Shown here one piece after another: positions 22,659 through 32,654 of a stretch of DNA of 64,000 bases (its first letter is position 1; each line of letters starts with the position of its first letter). The stretch lies in NCBI GenBank assembly GCA_943704425.1, contig CALSCP010002643.1, forward strand, positions 23,285 to 87,284. Reading direction: 5' to 3'. The notes under the pieces were generated by a model. The model did no database searches, was not told the DNA's origin, and worked only from the letters and a program-made list of their open reading frames with translations. Both the position numbers and the translations under genes were made by a program. This DNA comes from Ministeria vibrans ATCC 50519 (taxonomy: Eukaryota > Protista > Filasterea).

Positions 22659-23490
22659 GTTTTTTTTTCTCTCTCTGCAACACACTCTTTAGGCAAACAA
22701 AAACACAACAAAAACAACCCATCACTCCTTCTCATGCGGAATCCAATCCAGCCGCGGAGGGGTGTCACGAAGTGCCGCAATGCGTAGTGGTTCTCTCTCA
22801 CTCTCTCACACACTCTCTCACACACTCTCTCACTCTCAGTTGTTGTCATTCATGTGAGCTTCGTCGCCCCCACTGTTGCTCGTCTTGACGCGGTTCTGGT
22901 ACCACTCCTGGGCACCTTTCACTGCTTCAGTCGTCGCCTTCTTCAGCCTCTTCCACTTGCTCCGAGGGCACTTCTGTTGGACTCCCGTCGCCCAATAGCC
23001 CGTGGCCAGTCGGGTCGCTGATTGGCCACTGATCGCCCTCAATCGCTCCGCCTCGTCCACCTCGTCCATTCGCCATCGTTGGATTTCCTCCCTCAGCTTC
23101 TTCCAGGCTTGTCCACCTCTTTGCACTTGAGTAGTCCCACCACTGCTCGTACAGCAAACCGTCGTCTTGCAAACGGAACGCCCTTGCACAGCTGTGCAAA
23201 CCACTCATCGTCTCCACCCCTCACCGTCTCACCCTGTCGTCTCAGGGCCGTCCACCTGTCTCTCCGCTCTTTCTTCTTCTTTTGTTCACACACCCTAAAG
23301 ACTAAACGTGCTTCTCGTCTCGCGCGCCCTGTGCCCACATCCGTGTCTTTGAGCACCAATGTCTGTCGGTCGACTTGCACGCATCCCAATGCCCTCGTCT
23401 TCGGACTTACAAAAAAAAAGTCGTCTCGCCGACTTGGTGTTGCACGCTCGCGTCCAGGCGTTCTCTCGTTCCTCTTCAATCATCTTCTTG
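22659..23490 (-). mobile_element. Probable 5'-truncated non-LTR retrotransposon (C-terminal ORF remnant + 3' UTR + A tail)
   Basis: Frameshifted basic/Trp-rich frames (EWFAQLCKG..RRRFAVRAVVGLL; WKKLREEI..QEWYQNR), GA-rich UTR and an A run at 22660-22668 on the minus strand. No RT motif is present. Confidence 0.45.
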
Positions 23491-24059
23491 GTATACAAGC
23501 CAACATAAGACTCTCAGACGATAGTACAAAACTGCGTGTCAATAGCAACCCTGCACGCCCAAGAAGACCCAACGCACCCATCCCTCTCACCCTCCAGCCC
23601 ACACTTAGGCTGTTGGGTAAGAGTTCTACAAGTTATTAAAAGAAAGTACAGTGCGACAGTGGAGACCACCGCGCACATCTTCGAGTGCGGTGCCCTGCCC
23701 AACTGTTAACAACTCGTGTGCGGAAGTTGAAAAGTTCGCAGGGTCAAATTGTCGCTTGCCAGAAAGTAATTTATTATAAAATTCGCAACACATATTGTGT
23801 ACGACGAAAATAATTATTTAGCATATTTCGCGTCATGAAGACATCCACACCATATTAGTCTGAAACTAATTTCATCAGGCGAAAATACATTAACTAAATA
23901 TCGGTAAAATGCAGCTTATTTTTCAAATTTACCGAAATTCGCATCTCTCCCCGGAATTTGACGAGTCATTTTTAAAAAATGAAAATCGTTCGACAAAGAA
24001 GCGACGAGTGGTCTCTAGGGGATACTACTGCTGCTTCTGGTAATTTAAATTCTTGCTTT

Positions 24060-24243
24060 ATCTTTTTCTTCCGTTCCCTTCTTTCTCTCTCAAACGTTTC
24101 CTTCCCTTTTGCACTTCGCCCTCTTTTTCTTTATGTTGTTAGTTGCAAAGCTGTTTTTATTTGCTTGGCCAAGCGAATATTCGGGTTTTCTCTCGGAATA
24201 TCCGCTTAGGCTTCTACGAGGGTGGAACAGCCGCTTGGGATGT
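24060..24243 (+). mobile_element. Diverged relative of the short retroposon, lacking the 3' end
   Basis: Pyrimidine tract then TTTATTTGCTTGG..CTCTCGGAATATCCGCTTAGG..AACAGCCGCTTGGGATG, collinear with the core of copy C. Confidence 0.65.
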
Positions 24244-24262
24244 TTTTCTTTTGAAAATAACC

Positions 24263-24404
24263 TTTTTTTTTTTGGAAGTCCTAGGGCAAAAGCTTCATTG
24301 TACAAGACAATCTAGACATCCGAAGCGGCTGCTTCACCCCCGCATGGGCCGTAGCGGACATTCCGAGAGACTTGCATGCAAAGCCATTCACCCAAGCAAG
24401 TAAA
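24263..24404 (-). mobile_element. Same retroposon, copy D
   Basis: (T)n plus 130-bp core nearly identical to copy C; no TSD found; abuts the piggyBac fragment. Confidence 0.9.
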
Positions 24405-24985
24405 TCCGAGTCCCAGACGGTGGCCGCGTTCAGCTACTACGACAAGAGTACCGTGTACATGATGACTACGTACCGGGTGTCGTTTGCGACGTCCGTTGGA
24501 TCTCGAACAAAGCGAGAACGCCCACAGGCGCTAACCGACTACAACAATTTTATGAACGGCGTCGACCGCAACGACCAGTACCGGTGGCAAAGACCGTGAT
24601 ACATGAAGTCCATGAAGTCGTGGAAGGCCGCTTTCTTCTTCCTGCTCGACCTGAGTCTCATCAATGCGTTCATTCTTTTCAAGAACCGCCCCAGCGCGGA
24701 TCCGACGCGCAGATACACATTGGCCGACTTCCGCGTCGAACTCATTGCCTACCGCACCCCAAGTGAACCAGAGCCACGTATTAGGCCTGGTTCACAGCCA
24801 GCCAACCCCCATTACCTCAATTGACGCCAGGAAACCCATCATTTGATGACCAACACCGATCTGGATGCACGCGGAATCCCTAAGACTCGACACTGTGCTC
24901 GTTCTGGATGCACCTCCAAGACCAACAAAGTGTGCGCCGAGTGCAACCGCGCTTAATGCAGCACTGCTGGACGACCATGCTTTAA
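24405..24985 (+). pseudogene. piggyBac-family (PGBD4-like) transposase, C-terminal remnant
   Basis: DKSTVYMMTT..RPQALTDYNNFMNGVDRNDQ..KSWKAAFFFLLDLSLINAFIL..LADFRVEL and Cys-rich tail CARSGCTSKTNKVCAEC; in-frame stops at 24597 and 24822. Confidence 0.88.
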
Positions 24986-25296
24986 TGCTGAGCACTGTTG
25001 GGTGACTGAAATCGACATGTTTGACTGAAAATACAATTTTGTGAGCGGTTTTTTTCCCAGGATAATTCTCCACAAATGTGGACCGAGACATGAACTTTAC
25101 GATTGTATTCAGACGTTTAACACATACTCAAGCAGCTTATGAGGCCCACTCAGGATACATCGCGCCCTCTCCTTTCTAACTTTCTACTCCCATTTTAAAT
25201 GTGGACCGGAACCAGAGAGATCGTTACAGCCGGCAGGACACGCGGGAGCCACACTTGACGCGAGGAGAAATACTCCGTCCACAGGCAAAGGGTTAG

Positions 25297-25503
25297 TAGG
25301 ACTTCCAAAAAAAAAAAAAAAAAAAAAGGAGGCGTTTTCAGCTGCTGAGCGGTTTACTTGCTTGGGTGAATGGCTTTGCATGCAAGTCTCTCGGAATGTC
25401 CGCTTCGGCCCATGCGGGGGTGAAGCAGCCACTTCGGATGGCTAGATTGTCTTGTACAATGAAGCTTTTGCCCTAGGACTTCCAAAAAAAACAAAAAAAA
25501 AAA
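25297..25503 (+). mobile_element. Same retroposon, tandem copy E (10-nt 3' stub + poly(A), then ~155-bp core + poly(A))
   Basis: TAGGACTTCC(A)n directly followed by GGAGGCGTTTTCAGC...CCCTAGGACTTCC(A)n. Confidence 0.9.
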
Positions 25504-26214
25504 CAAATGTAGCGACGGAGTACCCTCACATAACCGCGACAGGTTTTGGCAAAGAGCTCACCAACCCACACCACGTCGTTTTTCTTCTCGAAGGTACCTT
25601 CACCCTCGACCACTTCATTCCGCACGCCGGCGGGAGTCCTTTCAGGGCCACACACGGACCCCCATTCACCAAACATTTCATAGCTCGAATGAATAAAGAG
25701 AGCTGATAATTTATTTTTATCGTATCATCTGCAGAAAGAAATTCAGACAAATTCCGAGGAAACGCAATTTTTCTTGTAAAAATAAGCTGTGTTTAAGGTA
25801 TCTTACTGCATATATTTTCGCCTGATGAAACGATTTCTAAATGTGTAAATATGTATATATTACATACTGCGAAATACAATAATTAAATAATGTTTTAAAT
25901 ACGTCATATGTTGCGAAATTTACTAATAGATTTAAATACAGCGCTTCCGGGGAGACACGCGTGAGTAGCTTTTAAAGTGTGTGAGTCCCACGTGGACCCA
26001 AAAGAATGTAAAGCACTCATTTTGTAAGCAGCGGTCTCGAAATAAAAATAAACAGGTGATGGAAGACATTAGCTGTGCAAGGGGGATGCCGTGCAAGAAC
26101 GGGTGCAGCACGACGACACATCAAGGCGCTTGGTACTAACCGTCGAGAGGATCCTCCGGTTCTTTTGATTTATCCTCCGTCCCCGCCTGAAGACATTTCT
26201 GTCAACAGAGAGCT

Positions 26215-26266
26215 GTTTTTAAAAATTTTCTTGTTTTTTCCGGAAATCCTAGGGCAGAAACTTCAT
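26215..26266 (-). mobile_element. Same retroposon, degenerate copy F
   Basis: GGAAATCCTAGGGCAGAAACTTCAT with T-rich tail; 15-bp TSD TGTCAACA(G/A)AGAGCT (26200-26214, 26267-26281). Confidence 0.7.
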
Positions 26267-26385
26267 TGTCAACAAAGAGCTCCGGAGTCGTGCAGTGTAG
26301 CCGCGCTTGTAGTTTGTTTTGTGTTCCGTGCTATCAATATCACTACACGTCGCGGCATATAGTGACGCCGCTTCACGGAGGGTGG

Positions 26386-26458
26386 TTTTTTGGAAGTCCT
26401 AGGGAGCAAAAGCTCCGCAAAAGCTACTGTACAAGACAATATAATCTAACCATCCAAA
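26386..26458 (-). mobile_element. Same retroposon, copy G with internal micro-duplications
   Basis: TTTTTTGGAAGTCCTAGGGAGCAAAAGCTCCGCAAAAGCTACTGTACAAGACAAT..ATCTAACCATCCAAAG. Confidence 0.8.
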
Positions 26459-26657
26459 GTCAGCAGTGGATTTGGTTTTCAAGATCGTTTGAAGGAGAAA
26501 ATGGTTTGCTACTGACACGGAACGCGTTATTGCAGGCTCAGTGTTTTGTGTTGACGTGAATTAAGGAAAGGTTACTTGAAAGTCACTAAGATTAAATAAA
26601 CCGGATGTAATAAGAAAACTTGAGAACAAGAAAGAACATTAACTGCTTTTTTAAAAA

Positions 26658-28459
26658 TCAGTTGAACTGGACAGGGTACTTCGTTGCGCAGGCTGACACT
26701 TGAGCAAGTGTTGGATACAACATGAAGCAATGGTACGCATATCTGCTTCCTGGATCACTGACAAGGTGAATTTGTCTTGAATCTCGATAGAGCCACCACA
26801 TGGTGGACGACTGGTCGGATACAATCGCGTTGCCAATGGACAATATACACTCCCCCGTGTGTCCAATCGAGCAGCCGTACCGTTGTGAGAAAGTGTAGTC
26901 AAAAAGCCACTTGGGCGTATTGTACGCTACGAGTTGATATTCGACAGTTTCTCGTCAGTCGTCCTGCACCTTTTTTTCATCTATGATATACCGTTTGCCT
27001 GAACAACACTACTAAAATATTGAGTGTAGTCCACCAGCTTCCATTGAAAGTCACTTGTCATCACTCGAAATGCTGGATTGGTGTTAAAAACTAAGCAGAA
27101 ACATAAAAAAATAATTATTAGTAATTATTTGTCCGCACAAAATTCTTGCTGCTGCTCTCTGCATGCAAGTCTCTCGGAATGTCCGCTTCGACTCATGCGG
27201 GGGTGAAGCAGCCGCTTTGGATGGTTAGATTGTCTTGTACAATGAAGCTTTTGCCCTAGGACTTCCAAAAAAACAAACCAAATTTCTTGCTTACTGGGCG
27301 ATATCGCAGGTGCGAGTAACAGAGGCGTTGTGTTGGGGACGCTGATAGAACAGGTTGAGGCATTGTGCATGACACGGAAGTCGTCCTTGTGAAGATGTCC
27401 AAAAAATTGACCCGCTATCGTCGACGAGTATTCGTTTAAGAATCCCAGATAGGTTGCTTCATAGTCAATAACCCAAAGAGCAACAAAAGGATCTCCTTCT
27501 TTTCGAAATGGGTCGACGATGGGAGGAATGTGTCCCAGAATGTATACGGGAGTTCCCGATTGCGTTGCGGAGCTCAACTGTTCGCGAAGCCATTTCAACT
27601 GGAGTCGCGCACGATTGGAGGTATCAAGAGTCTGGGGTGCGTTGGCCGAAAACAAGTTGGTATTGAGCACAAGTAACAAAAGAGGCTGGGCGTTATCGTG
27701 CAAGACGACTGAGACCTGATAGTAGGCCCCCTCCAAGAAGGTCTCGTTCAACGCGGCCGGATCGAATGTCACTTGTTGCGACCAGGAAAACAACGGCAGC
27801 CACATCTGCAAGACGTGTTCCAGCCAAGGACTTGTTGCATTCGGAGTGACGTAGTCTTTGGGACCGTCATTGTTGCCAAACGCGGGAAAAACCGGGGTGT
27901 TTGGAAAGGAAGTTTTGAGAAGCTGTGCAACGCGGTCAACGCACAACATAACTCGCTCTCGCCCCTCTTCCTCGTCATAGCCCACAGGGAGGTTGTGAGC
28001 TGCAGAATCGCCGCTAAACAATACAAACTGACTGTTGGAGGACACTGACCTGTTGACCATCGCGCGGAGTTGACTGTCCACCAGACGTTCCGGAGCATCG
28101 CATCCTGTACGCCCAAAAGGCGCTGAATAGGGCGCGGGTTTTGATAACGGCGGGTAGTATCGGCATTCCGTTAGTTTAGAGACGGTGGCGTTGAAGAAGA
28201 GGTCAAGGTGGGCGTCGCTGAAATGGACAAAGTGAACTGCGTTGGTTGGCGACAGCGGGAGCGGAGAGGGATTCGATCCCGCGCAAGTTTTCCGATCGTT
28301 TGCCAAAATGCCAACAGCAACCACAAGTGCAACGACAACGCAGCCCGTAATGATAGCAAATGGAGCAGAGGCGTGTCGTTTACAGGGAGCTTTCAGACCT
28401 TCATCTGGTCGCTCTTCGGCAAACCCGCTTCGAAGAAGTGAATACGACTTGTCACTCAT
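26658..28459 (-). CDS. Acid sphingomyelinase-like phosphodiesterase (SMPDL3 family), 3 exons (28459-27295, 27090-26992, 26926-26658)
   Basis: Metallophosphoesterase motifs HFSDAHLD, SGDSAAH, FGNND, GHIPP and FFGHLHKD. The spliced continuation PAISPIFNTNPAFR..VDYTQY..KWLFDYTF..YG is intact. Confidence 0.92.
27151..27278 (+). mobile_element. Same retroposon, copy H, inside SMPDL3 intron 1
   Basis: ~105-bp core plus A tail; 13-bp TSD CAAA(A/T)TTCTTGCT (27138-27150, 27279-27291). Confidence 0.9.
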
Positions 28460-28883
28460 GTTCAACAGGGTCGACAACGAACGAGAGAGACTCCTCGGTG
28501 AGCGAAGCAAATTTATTGTAATTCCAAGGTTGACGAATGACCATGTCGCTTATTTTTTCGACAGATTTTCGAAATTGCGGTGAACTTCCATATCAACCTT
28601 TCTGTCAGCTCGTCAACAGAAAAAAAAAAGGAAACACAAAGCATCCACCAAGTAGACAAGTATCGAGTACGTTAAAACCAACCACGATTAGTCAACAGCG
28701 GGCTCAAAAAGTCGCAAAAGCGAGCAGGGGGATAAGTTCGCTTATTTTTGCCACCTCATTTTTCCGACATCGTTTTCGATAAATTCGACCCTTTTTAATT
28801 TTTTTAAGTTCACTTCTTTTCGTTTCCCCTTCACCTCTACCAACTAGTTATACGCACCCTGGTTTTACAAAGTAACACACAAC

Positions 28884-31800
28884 ATGGCGGACAATCACAA
28901 CAACGACGGCGACACGAATGATGATATCAACAACAACGACAACGACAACAACAACAACAATAACAATAACAACAACAACAACAACAGCAACAGCGATGGC
29001 GACATTGCTGCAACTTGGGCGCGTGACTACCCGACAGTTGTTGCTCGACTTGCCCGCGACTGCTACACCTCGGCCAGCGCTCTCATTGTCTCCGTGTCTA
29101 AGTACCGCACCTCTGGAAATCCGGCATTAGCGTCTCTTGCCGACCTTTCAAGCGCAGCCGCAAGCGTTTCTCCTCTCGTTCATCTTTACACCTACCTTGG
29201 GTTTCGCGTTGCGACAGTCACCGACAACACAGCGCGCGTCACAACGAAACGCATCTCGGAGGGACTCGCCTTCCTTCAGCAGCGCGCAAACGCGACCACA
29301 CAGGCGCATGTCACACCAATTGTTTCCGAGCGCATCTACTCTTCCAACCGCGACCTGCTTGTCGTGCACATCATGGGCCATGGAATCGGCGAAGGCGACC
29401 GATTTGGCATTGTTTTGTCGAATGCGTCCAACGATCTTGAGAGCGGCTTGACTCGTCTCTCATTTGCGGCGCTTGCGAAAGTTGTGCGTAAGAACGCAAA
29501 TTGGCAGACGAACCAATTCCTCTTTGTCTTGGACATGTGCCAAGCAGGCACGGTACTCTCACCCACACTCTCGCCTGATCTCAACATGCAGGTTGGCGAA
29601 GGATACGGCCGCCTCTCGCTTCCACGAATTATTCCAACTGCGCAAGTTTTGGCATCGAGTTGCCCCAATCAACTTGCCTACTGTCCCGATGGCAGTTTGC
29701 CAACGGTCTTTACACAACGCTTTGTTGAGGCTCTCAGCGCCCAGGAAGAGCGAAACACAGTTTTTGCCAGGCACGAGGTGTGGATCAACCTCAACATGCT
29801 CTGCCACCGAATGTCGGCGCATCAATCAACGGTAACCTTGCCCCAACGCCCCTGCTCCGGTCACCTACCCGAGTTTTTCAGCCACGACAGCTCTCTCACG
29901 GATGCCGCAGAGCGAGACACAAAACCCGGCATTATTTTCTTCAACCGAGAGTACGACCGTGACGCGGTTGTCAGCAGCCTTGCTCCCCATGACCCAAAGA
30001 GTCTTTCAGTCGTCGCGCCAAACATAGTGTGCGCCCTGCTGCTCCTGCACGCTGGCACTTGCGACGACGATGCAGTGCGCTCCATGCTCCAGCTGTCGCC
30101 CGTCGACTCTCTTTCGCCCTGGTCGCACGACGGTGTCGACTTCTTCCTTGCTCGCAAAGCCCACGTCATTGTTCTCTTGGCACACATCCAGTGCGAATCG
30201 GACATTCAGTTTGCCGGAATTGCTTCTCGCGTCATCGACGCCTGCCACCCTCACGTCGTCTTTGCTGTCTTTCCCACCGCTCCCCCGCCACCAGCATTCG
30301 CTCGCCGCACATCCGACGATTCTAATCACGATCAGCAACTCGTTGTCAAGATCATCTCCGAGTTTCCTCGCCAAGGCAACAGCGACCAGTCCCTCCGCAC
30401 GCACGGGTTGCCCTTGGCTCTGACAAAGTACATGACAGACGTCTCGTTTACCCCCTCCTTGTCACAGCACCAAATAAACTTGCTGTCGCCCCTGGACGAT
30501 CCTCCCATTTCGCCGTCAACCCAACTCAGGCGGCAGCTTGTTGACCTCACATGCGCCCCACGTGTCGCTACCAGGCCACAACACGAGAACGCGCTCGAGA
30601 AAGGCAATGCACCCGTGCTTCAAACCTTTGCGCGCGTTGCTCAATGCTCGTGTGCGCTTCCAACGTGCGATTTGTGTCGCATGGCCCTCCTTGCCGTGTG
30701 TGTTCCTCAGCACCCTCCTCGCACTCGCACTGGGTCTATGCACAAATTACTGGAGAGTGCAAGCGACACTCTGGCACTGGACGACGACACAGCGCACTCG
30801 CCTTACACGCGTTTTATGGGTGCCCTCGAATTGGTGGGTGTGGCCGCCATCGAAGATGTGCTCTGGCATCCGCAAGCGAAATGCATCTTTCCTTCCAAGC
30901 TTATTGCTTTCACTATTGTCTTCCGCGACACTACACTTGCCGAGGTGAATGCCTTGCGCGATCGCATTATGGATGAGTTGAGTGCCGTAGACAGGGCCGT
31001 CTTCAATTTTGACGCGACCACTGTCGTCTTTGTGGGCACACGAATTGGTTCAGTTCGATTTATTGTCCGTGGCACTCCCGGCCTTCTCTGGGTGCTTCAA
31101 AGTCGCTTGCACGCCACAGACGCTGCTCCCACCTGTACCATCTGCTCTCTCTCGGTCGCCAATATTGTTGTTGCAGACCATGAAGACCGGCAGCTCTTTG
31201 AGTCGCTCGGCGCTCCCATTGCGTCCGACGAGAAACCGACCGCAGATTCGACCGTCGTGTCTGCGACACACGCTGAGCGCAACGAGTCTCAATCGCAAGA
31301 GCAACTCGAAACCGTCACGCAGCGCGTCCTAAATGTTCTCTCGGAGCGCGTCGTTGCCGCGAGCGAGTTTCTCTCTTGTCACCCTCACATTGTCACAGCG
31401 GCTCTCGTGGCTCTCCTTGCTCTTACTCTTGTTCTCAACGACACTCTGGCCCGTGCCGTGTTCACCAGCATGTCCTTTATTGTCAATCACTTGGCGCACG
31501 CTCAGCTGCGCACCAATCACACCGCCGCTGCTCCCCTGCTCGCGCTTCTTGGAGGGTTGTTCTTTTTTTGGAACGTGTGGCGCTATCGCACGAAAGTGCC
31601 CTTGTCTCTCCCTGTCAACACTATTTTTGTGTTGTCGTCGTTTCTGTGGGCCGGCGACTACTGTGTGACGTGGGTTAAATGTCTTACGCTGCTCTTTTTC
31701 TTTGTCAGCTTCTTTGACTTGTACAAGAAAAAGATTGCTCTGTCGCGTGACACGCTCCCTCCCGTCCTCTATGCCGTGGGCTTCCAAATGCGTGGACTCA

Positions 31801-32654
31801 CCCCCCTATTCCACTCTCTCGCATCCAACCTCAACGTGACTGGGCACTGGGCAATTGCAGTGGATCTTCATCGCCCCCAGGCGGAGTATGCAATGATTCA
31901 CGCCACAGGTGAGATCAGTCGTGACATGCGTGTCAAGGTCGAAAAAAAACCGCTGAGCTACTTTGCGGAGCGCATTGACTCGACCAAAGCAAGGGACCCC
32001 CAAAAGCCCATTATGGCGTGCACCGCGTCACTTGTTGGCCTTGCGGACTCAGTTCCTGCCCTCCAGCGCTTTGTCAACGAGTACGACAGCAAACACGCGT
32101 TTCTCAGCGAGTCGCGCACCTGCCAGGACTTTTGCGAGTATTTTCTCTACCGCGTCTCACCCAGCAACAACACCAAATCGTACCTCATGGGCTTTTTGCG
32201 ACTCAAAGCCTACCACATGATTCCCATTTTTGTGCTCTTCCTATGCCTCTTTGGCTTGCTCGGCGACTTCGATCTGTGGTTTGTGTTCTATCTCATTTTT
32301 GACTACATGGAGTACACGCGCTACCGTGAAGAGGAGAAGAAGAAGCCGCCCAAAGTCCACGCCATCGGCTTGGCCATCACCATTACCATGCTCATCATCC
32401 TCTACAGCACGCTTGGCTTCATCCTCTACTATGACTTTGCCATGACTGCCGTCTTCTTGCTGCTGGCCGTCTTCATGACCGTCCACGAGTATCTCACCAT
32501 TCGTCCCCTCGGGATTCCCCGCTCCATCGACGCGTCTCTCCTTCAGCTCCACGACACAATTGTTCACAGCAGCATGAAGAGCGACAGCAACCTCAACATC
32601 GAGTCTCGTTGCGACATTTATCTTCCAAAGCGACTCAAAGAGAAAACCAGCTGA
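28884..32654 (+). CDS. Caspase/metacaspase-like (C14) multidomain membrane protein, 1256 aa, intronless
   Basis: SALIVSVSKY, LVVHIMGHG (His), FLFVLDMCQAG (Cys) and TVFTQRFVEAL; later a degenerate nucleoside-phosphorylase-like segment, a GSV-motif domain, TM helices and GHWAIAV..MIHA..TCQDFC. Confidence 0.8.
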   Translation: MADNHNNDGDTNDDINNNDNDNNNNNNNNNNNNNSNSDGDIAATWARDYPTVVARLARDCYTSASALIVSVSKYRTSGNPALASLADLSSAAASVSPLVHLYTYLGFRVATVTDNTARVTTKRISEGLAFLQQRANATTQAHVTPIVSERIYSSNRDLLVVHIMGHGIGEGDRFGIVLSNASNDLESGLTRLSFAALAKVVRKNANWQTNQFLFVLDMCQAGTVLSPTLSPDLNMQVGEGYGRLSLPRIIPTAQVLASSCPNQLAYCPDGSLPTVFTQRFVEALSAQEERNTVFARHEVWINLNMLCHRMSAHQSTVTLPQRPCSGHLPEFFSHDSSLTDAAERDTKPGIIFFNREYDRDAVVSSLAPHDPKSLSVVAPNIVCALLLLHAGTCDDDAVRSMLQLSPVDSLSPWSHDGVDFFLARKAHVIVLLAHIQCESDIQFAGIASRVIDACHPHVVFAVFPTAPPPPAFARRTSDDSNHDQQLVVKIISEFPRQGNSDQSLRTHGLPLALTKYMTDVSFTPSLSQHQINLLSPLDDPPISPSTQLRRQLVDLTCAPRVATRPQHENALEKGNAPVLQTFARVAQCSCALPTCDLCRMALLAVCVPQHPPRTRTGSMHKLLESASDTLALDDDTAHSPYTRFMGALELVGVAAIEDVLWHPQAKCIFPSKLIAFTIVFRDTTLAEVNALRDRIMDELSAVDRAVFNFDATTVVFVGTRIGSVRFIVRGTPGLLWVLQSRLHATDAAPTCTICSLSVANIVVADHEDRQLFESLGAPIASDEKPTADSTVVSATHAERNESQSQEQLETVTQRVLNVLSERVVAASEFLSCHPHIVTAALVALLALTLVLNDTLARAVFTSMSFIVNHLAHAQLRTNHTAAAPLLALLGGLFFFWNVWRYRTKVPLSLPVNTIFVLSSFLWAGDYCVTWVKCLTLLFFFVSFFDLYKKKIALSRDTLPPVLYAVGFQMRGLTPLFHSLASNLNVTGHWAIAVDLHRPQAEYAMIHATGEISRDMRVKVEKKPLSYFAERIDSTKARDPQKPIMACTASLVGLADSVPALQRFVNEYDSKHAFLSESRTCQDFCEYFLYRVSPSNNTKSYLMGFLRLKAYHMIPIFVLFLCLFGLLGDFDLWFVFYLIFDYMEYTRYREEEKKKPPKVHAIGLAITITMLIILYSTLGFILYYDFAMTAVFLLLAVFMTVHEYLTIRPLGIPRSIDASLLQLHDTIVHSSMKSDSNLNIESRCDIYLPKRLKEKTS

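Larger units (their letters stand above)
22220..23634. repeat. ~145-bp direct duplication (22220-22658 minus copy C insertion; 23491-23634)
   Basis: Near-identical GTATAC..AAGCCAACAT..AGACTCTCAGACGATAGT...GTAAGAGTTCTACAAGTT in both places. Confidence 0.9.
23706..25975. mobile_element. Possible TTAA-bounded decayed DNA transposon with diverged inverted subterminal blocks
   Basis: TTAA at 23706 and 25972; inverted collinear motifs at ~23775-23962 versus ~25746-25921; encloses the piggyBac remnant. Confidence 0.4.

Noticed and set aside
25184-25700. Possible telomerase-like or other ncRNA on the minus strand (CTAACCCT, hairpins)
   Set aside because: Only an 8-nt match, lying at a retroposon junction; no supporting pseudoknot or promoter could be established.
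21692-27278. Repeats with unique intervening DNA as a CRISPR-like array, spliced-leader array or MITE TIR pairs
   Set aside because: Irregular spacing, mixed orientation, poly(A) tails, variable 5' truncation and a separate TSD per copy indicate independent retrotransposition; there is no GT donor or Sm site and no cas gene.
27125-27294. SMPDL3 ORF apparently truncated by, or fused to, repeat-encoded peptide
   Set aside because: The ORF reads into an intron; downstream exons restore the normal C-terminus.
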